Part shown: positions 61,466 to 64,000 of the stretch, in pieces
How the letters are laid out: the number at the start of each line of letters is the position of its first letter
Numbering within the stretch: position 1 is the stretch's first letter
Assembly: GCA_038496445.1 (NCBI GenBank)
Contig: JALMLS010000076.1
Location: 62,001-126,000, forward strand
DNA length: 64,000 bases
Direction: 5' to 3'
Origin: Trichosphaerium sp. ATCC 40318
Lineage: Eukaryota > Protista > Tubulinea
Translations under genes and position numbers: made by a program
Notes under the pieces: generated by a model
Told to the model about the DNA's origin: nothing
Database searches by the model: none
Seen by the model: the letters and a program-made list of their open reading frames with translations, nothing else

Positions 61466-62286
61466 ATGGAGAAACCATAGCCACAGTGGTTTACAAGTTC
61501 AACCATTTCTTTTGGAACAGACAACGACTTGAAAGCACTAAAGGGCATAAAGAATATACTTGTTGAAGATAATGATTGCATAACAGATAAGGGGCTAGAG
61601 CCATAGCAGGAGTTCATACTATGTCTTTTGGAGTATCAACATAACAAACGAAGGACTCAAAGTAATTGCCGGAGTACATAATATAGATATTTATGACAGT
61701 CCTCTCATTACTTGTGAAGGATACGCACACCTTAGCGGTGCACATATAATAGATCTAAGCCACACAAATATTAATGATGATGGCTTACAGGGATTAAGTG
61801 GTACTCACTCCATAAATGTTGACCACTGTTCGAGTATAACAGATAAAGGTATATCATACCTTAAAGGTATTCATAAGATCAGTTTGAGGTCTACAAAAGT
61901 GACCTATGTTGGTGTAGAGGCATTCATAAATGGAAATGGAAACATTTTAAGCAAAATCGATTTGTCTTATACAAAGATTACAGATAAGACTCTTAAACAT
62001 CTCTTTGGCATAAATGAAGTTCATTTGATGAGCTGCCGTATTAAAGATGAAAGCATTAAGTATTTGACAGGTGCAAAGGTTGTCAATTTTTTCAATACAA
62101 ACATAACAGACGAAGGGATTAAACATCTTCATTCAGCTACAGCTACGTCTTTCATATACAAATATTACTGATGAGGGTATCAAGCATTTGAAATCAGTTG
62201 TGCGTCTTTATATTATTGGATGCAACATATCAAAAGATTGCACTGATTCATTGCCTAATCTTAAGTATTGTTTACGTTCCAAATAA
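61466..62286 (+). pseudogene. Intronless LRR gene with three apparent 1-nt frameshifts
   Basis: ~22-aa LRRs (L.G.H.I.LS.T.ITD.G+..L). The frame breaks near 61600, 61630 and 62150. Confidence 0.65.
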
Positions 62287-62783
62287 ACCTTCATTTACTA
62301 GGTTATGGCAAAAACAATATTTGAAAAAAATCACATGTTGCACTTTATTACAGGATTTACGTTTCAAATTTGTAGTAAGTTTTAGCAAAATTCAGAACCC
62401 TTTTTCAGAATCTACAAGCAATATAAAAAGTGGTTATACTTTTCGTTAGCTGCAAACTCATAAAATTTTGCAATTGTTGAAATTATCACTTCTCCATAGC
62501 ATCACTAAAATCAAACAAGATTGTGTTTTAAACCAAATACATTTGTCATTCAAAACGCTACATTTTTGTAAGATCCAAAAAGGAGCTATTTTTCAGGAAA
62601 GTGAATTGTTTATATATAAATTTCAATGATTCATGGCGGCACTGGTAGGTATCTAATGCAAGGCATCAGCAAAGTAACTCCTTAATTATAGCACTGAGAG
62701 TTCAAGCTTATACCATGTAAAGGAAAAATAACAACAAAAAGCAAACAAGGAGACAAGGTTGAGCGTAAAAAAAATGGGAATGT

Positions 62784-64000
62784 TTATTCTTCTTTTATTT
62801 CTTCGATCCTAGGTCCGTCCCGCCTATTATATTTTTAATGCTGTCTAAATTTACGTGTGCCAACTCAATAAAAGAAACTTTCAAGCTTTTTTTGTGGGTG
62901 AACCAAAAAAGAAAAACTGTTTGTACAAAAAAAAAAATAAAAAAAATCGAGTTGGCACACTGTTATGTACCTTACGTTGCCTCTAGCTCCTCCTTGAGCT
63001 TGTCCTTGACCTTGTGGTGCAGCTTGTCCGCCAACACCGGCAAAGTTTTGAATCAAACGTGGTACTAAAAGAAAGAATAAATCTCAACGCAAAAAAATAA
63101 TAATTTAAGGTTCTCAGTTCCGTTATAACAAAAAACTCCTCTGTGGTCTTAAAAATTATGTATTATGGTAAAAATACGACCAAACAATTATTGACGAAAG
63201 CGAAAAAGTCAGGTCTAGCAGCGAGAAAACTTCTTTTTTAAAAGCAGTGAATATAAAGAGAAATATGATCGTACCCATAATAGCAAGACCCATCATGATT
63301 GCCATACCGTATTTAGACCAGAAAGTCTGTGGTGGTTTGTAAACACGCTTTATAGCTGCTACAGAGACGATTCCCTGATGAAAAGACAAGTCAGAAATTG
63401 TGTTAACAAAAGGGTAAAAAATTTTACAAAACAATTTGTTTGCGCTTACCTCTGCGTTGTGGATAGATACAGTAAGGGAAATAGGAGATGTGATGTACAT
63501 GGTGTATGTACCTGGTGTACCAGCAAGGTCAGATTCGAAAGCACCTTGGGAAACCATTGCGCCCTTAGACAGAAAGCGGTAAGTAAAAAGGACTGATGGA
63601 GTTTTTTTTGTACTTTTGATCTGTTAAAGAAATCAAACGAGAAAAGCTTTTTAAGATCAGCTTCAGCGTCGTCGGCAATGTCGGCATAGTAGACAGCACC
63701 GTTTGAGTTAGATTCAAATTCCCTACGCTGGTGATGAGTCATATTTACAAAAACATAGTGATTTAGATCTATGGCTCTTGAGAGGCAATCATGACGTACA
63801 TGTTGATGGCGTATTCAAGGTCATTTTCAAAGTCAGTATATTCTGCTTTTAGGTCGCCGGCGTCGTTTGTTACGTTCATAAATACGCGTACGACATCACC
63901 TTCGGTTGCGTATTCCTCACTTTTACTAGTTTTTGAAATCTCTAAATCCCACTCTCTGTAGTACTATCATCAGCGTATAATACTGTTAAATTATATTATT
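62784..64000 (-). CDS. Single-pass membrane protein, 5' end outside window
   Basis: Spliced exons ending PPQTFWSKYGMAIMMGLAIM (TM) and a G/Q/A-rich tail, probably ending GPRIEEIKEE*. Loosely EMC10-like juxtamembrane motif. Confidence 0.6.

Overview
Gene-dense (about 20 genes in 64 kb), AT-rich nuclear DNA from a unicellular eukaryote using the standard code and many short GT-AG introns. An amoeboid protist such as an amoebozoan is my inference from the gene families. Exon joins were assembled by eye, so gene ends are approximate. Contents in order: NTH1-like endonuclease III (partial), Ras-like GTPase-PH fusion, 40/80-aa charged helical repeat protein, GH18 chitinase, intronless secreted orphan, VOC/glyoxalase-like protein, CNOT2 with an intronic atypical tRNA-Pro(CGG), a ~15 kb gene for a giant type-I membrane protein (bacterial-type pilin/DUF11-like N-terminus, EGF, 12 SdrD-B repeats, PT mucin linkers, ZP-like module), a MYND finger fused to a Cys/His-rich domain, a copper-ligand-less DOMON/DBH-like membrane protein, an F-box-cullin fusion with an internal SOCS/BC-like box head-to-head with an XRN exonuclease carrying inserted 2xRRM+UBA-like domains, GH44, an LCIB-type beta-carbonic anhydrase, a C2H2 factor, two DWY-repeat proteins with a RAP/DUF559-like end, CUE-RhoGAP, a coiled-coil protein, a secreted propeller/helical-barrel protein, a frameshifted intronless LRR gene and a partial membrane protein. 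The best novelty candidates are the divergent F-box-cullin / XRN-RRM-UBA pair and the SdrD-B giant adhesin.
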